Source: Eledone cirrhosa
Lineage: Eukaryota
NCBI GenBank assembly: GCA_964016885.1
Contig: OZ024741.1
Span: forward strand, 368,590,001-368,654,000
Length of the DNA: 64,000 nt
Direction of reading: 5' to 3'
The first letter of the stretch is position 1, and each line of letters opens with the position of its first letter. A model generated the notes under the pieces. It was given only the letters and a program-made list of their open reading frames with translations. It was not told the origin of the DNA and searched no databases. Below are positions 62,493 through 64,000 of this stretch, in pieces. The translations under genes and the position numbers were made by a program.

Positions 62493-63314
62493 CTTTTCAC
62501 ATTAAACTTGAGTTTCAGCTTCCAGTAAATACATTTTACATGTACTGGGTACTTTATTCTACTTGTTTCATACACCAATGTGTGTGTATGCACACACATA
62601 TTTGAATAAATAAAGAACAGGTTTTATTTAAACATGTTATATAGAAAACATAACTGTGCTCAAGTTTGATATTTATTATTAAGTATGTTTCATATCGTAT
62701 TAGATTTCTGTTTGATTTGGAATAGTATCATTCCTAGATCTATAAGTCTACTAATGATTTGAGACCTTCACAGTCCTAACTTCAGACTGGTAGTGTTAGT
62801 GGTGTATTGTTGTGATGCAAAGCATCACAAGCGTATTAGTAAAATCACGGACACTAGATATAAAAATTAATCAGTGATGATTATTTTAACCTGCTGGTGA
62901 CCCCCAAATGTATAGTTCTAAATCTAATCTTGTGCAGTAACTTTACATTTTGTGCCAAATACTACATGTGTATGCATGCTAAATGATGGTTAAAAGGCTT
63001 AAAGCATTCATAAAATATTAAAAATAGCCATTACAAATGTTTCTTAGATCCAGAGAATATCAATCATTGTTATATTGACATATTTTGATATAGGGTGGTG
63101 GATTGGCAGTATCATTAGAGGGTCGGACACCATGATTTGCAGCATGGAACTATGCACAGAGCAGTTTTTCGATAATTGTTGCAATGTTTAAAAATATTAG
63201 TCAATGAGCAAAGGTATTTTCCTCACCACATAATGTATTGAGCATAAAATTACTCAAGTATTTTAGCACTAGCTTAACCCATGAGCATTTTCATAACTCT
63301 ATATTTACTACACA

Positions 63315-63625
63315 TGCTTCCCGAAATACGCCAAAACTACACCTGATGTACCCCTTCATACACATGCACACGTGTGTATCATGACTCGTGCACTGTTCAT
63401 TTTACTGATGTTTGTGCATTGCCTATGTACTGTACATGCACTTTTTGATGAGTTGTGGTGCACCTGGGCACTGTACACAATATTTCATTATTATTATTAT
63501 TATATCATGACTCATACACTGTTCATTTTCCTGACATTTGTATATTATTCTATGTACTATACATGCACCTTTGATGACTTGTAGTGCACCTGAGCACTGT
63601 ACACAATTTCCTTATTATTATTATA
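63315..63625 (+). repeat. Dispersed repeat with (TTA)n tail, tandem partial dimer
   Basis: tatcatgactcatacactgttcatt...gtgcacctgagcactgtacacaat; also at 23718-23820 and 57940-58062. Confidence 0.7.
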
Positions 63626-64000
63626 TTATATATAATATCGAATCTGAGATTTTGATATTTATTTTGAGAGCAATACCTTAACATCAGTATGAGGGGCTGG
63701 TTACAGCCAGTTTGAACAGAAAGAGGTGAGAGAATTCTGGCCGGATACGGCTGGTTTAAATGTTAAAGGGTTAATCAAATTTGTTATGGTTAAAAAGCAA
63801 TAAGATGTTAAATTTCATCTTCACTCAATTCACATTGCTAACATCACAGTTTTGTCATCCTAGCAGTCGAATATTAGATTATGGAACTTTTAACATTCTA
63901 TAATAATTTATAAGAAAATTTCCTTAAAAAATGAGTTTAATTCAAAAAAATTATAGTATCTTTACTAGAGGATAGATCATTGTGAAAATTTGCAGTATTA

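Overview
AT-rich, repeat-dense eukaryotic genomic DNA, most consistent with a coleoid cephalopod such as Octopus (inferred from the RTE LINE, tRNA-SINE and microsatellite repertoire; not verified by search). One complete protein-coding gene could be rebuilt by hand: an 11-exon, minus-strand purple acid phosphatase (ACP7/PAPL-like; CDS 30304->6230, 1335 nt, 444 aa). All introns are GT-AG, phases are consistent and all five metal-ligand motifs are intact. Its 5' end lies in a CpG-retaining zone with an overlapping ETS/CRE motif. The remainder is layered transposon debris: RTE, RTE-X, CR1-like, CRE and R4-like LINE remnants, two tRNA-SINE families, hAT, piggyBac-type and Tc2-type MITEs, a full-length dead mariner and a Gypsy integrase relic. 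The most notable observations are (1) an 88-bp, 85/88-identical inverted repeat bracketing the frame-symmetric exon 10 of ACP7, (2) a 30-bp in-frame minisatellite born inside the Gypsy integrase, and (3) paralogous CRE fragments that record a sharp CpG-decay boundary at the promoter. I see no prokaryotic-type system (CRISPR, operon). Repeat family names are from motif recognition and repeat boundaries are approximate unless TIRs or TSDs are quoted.
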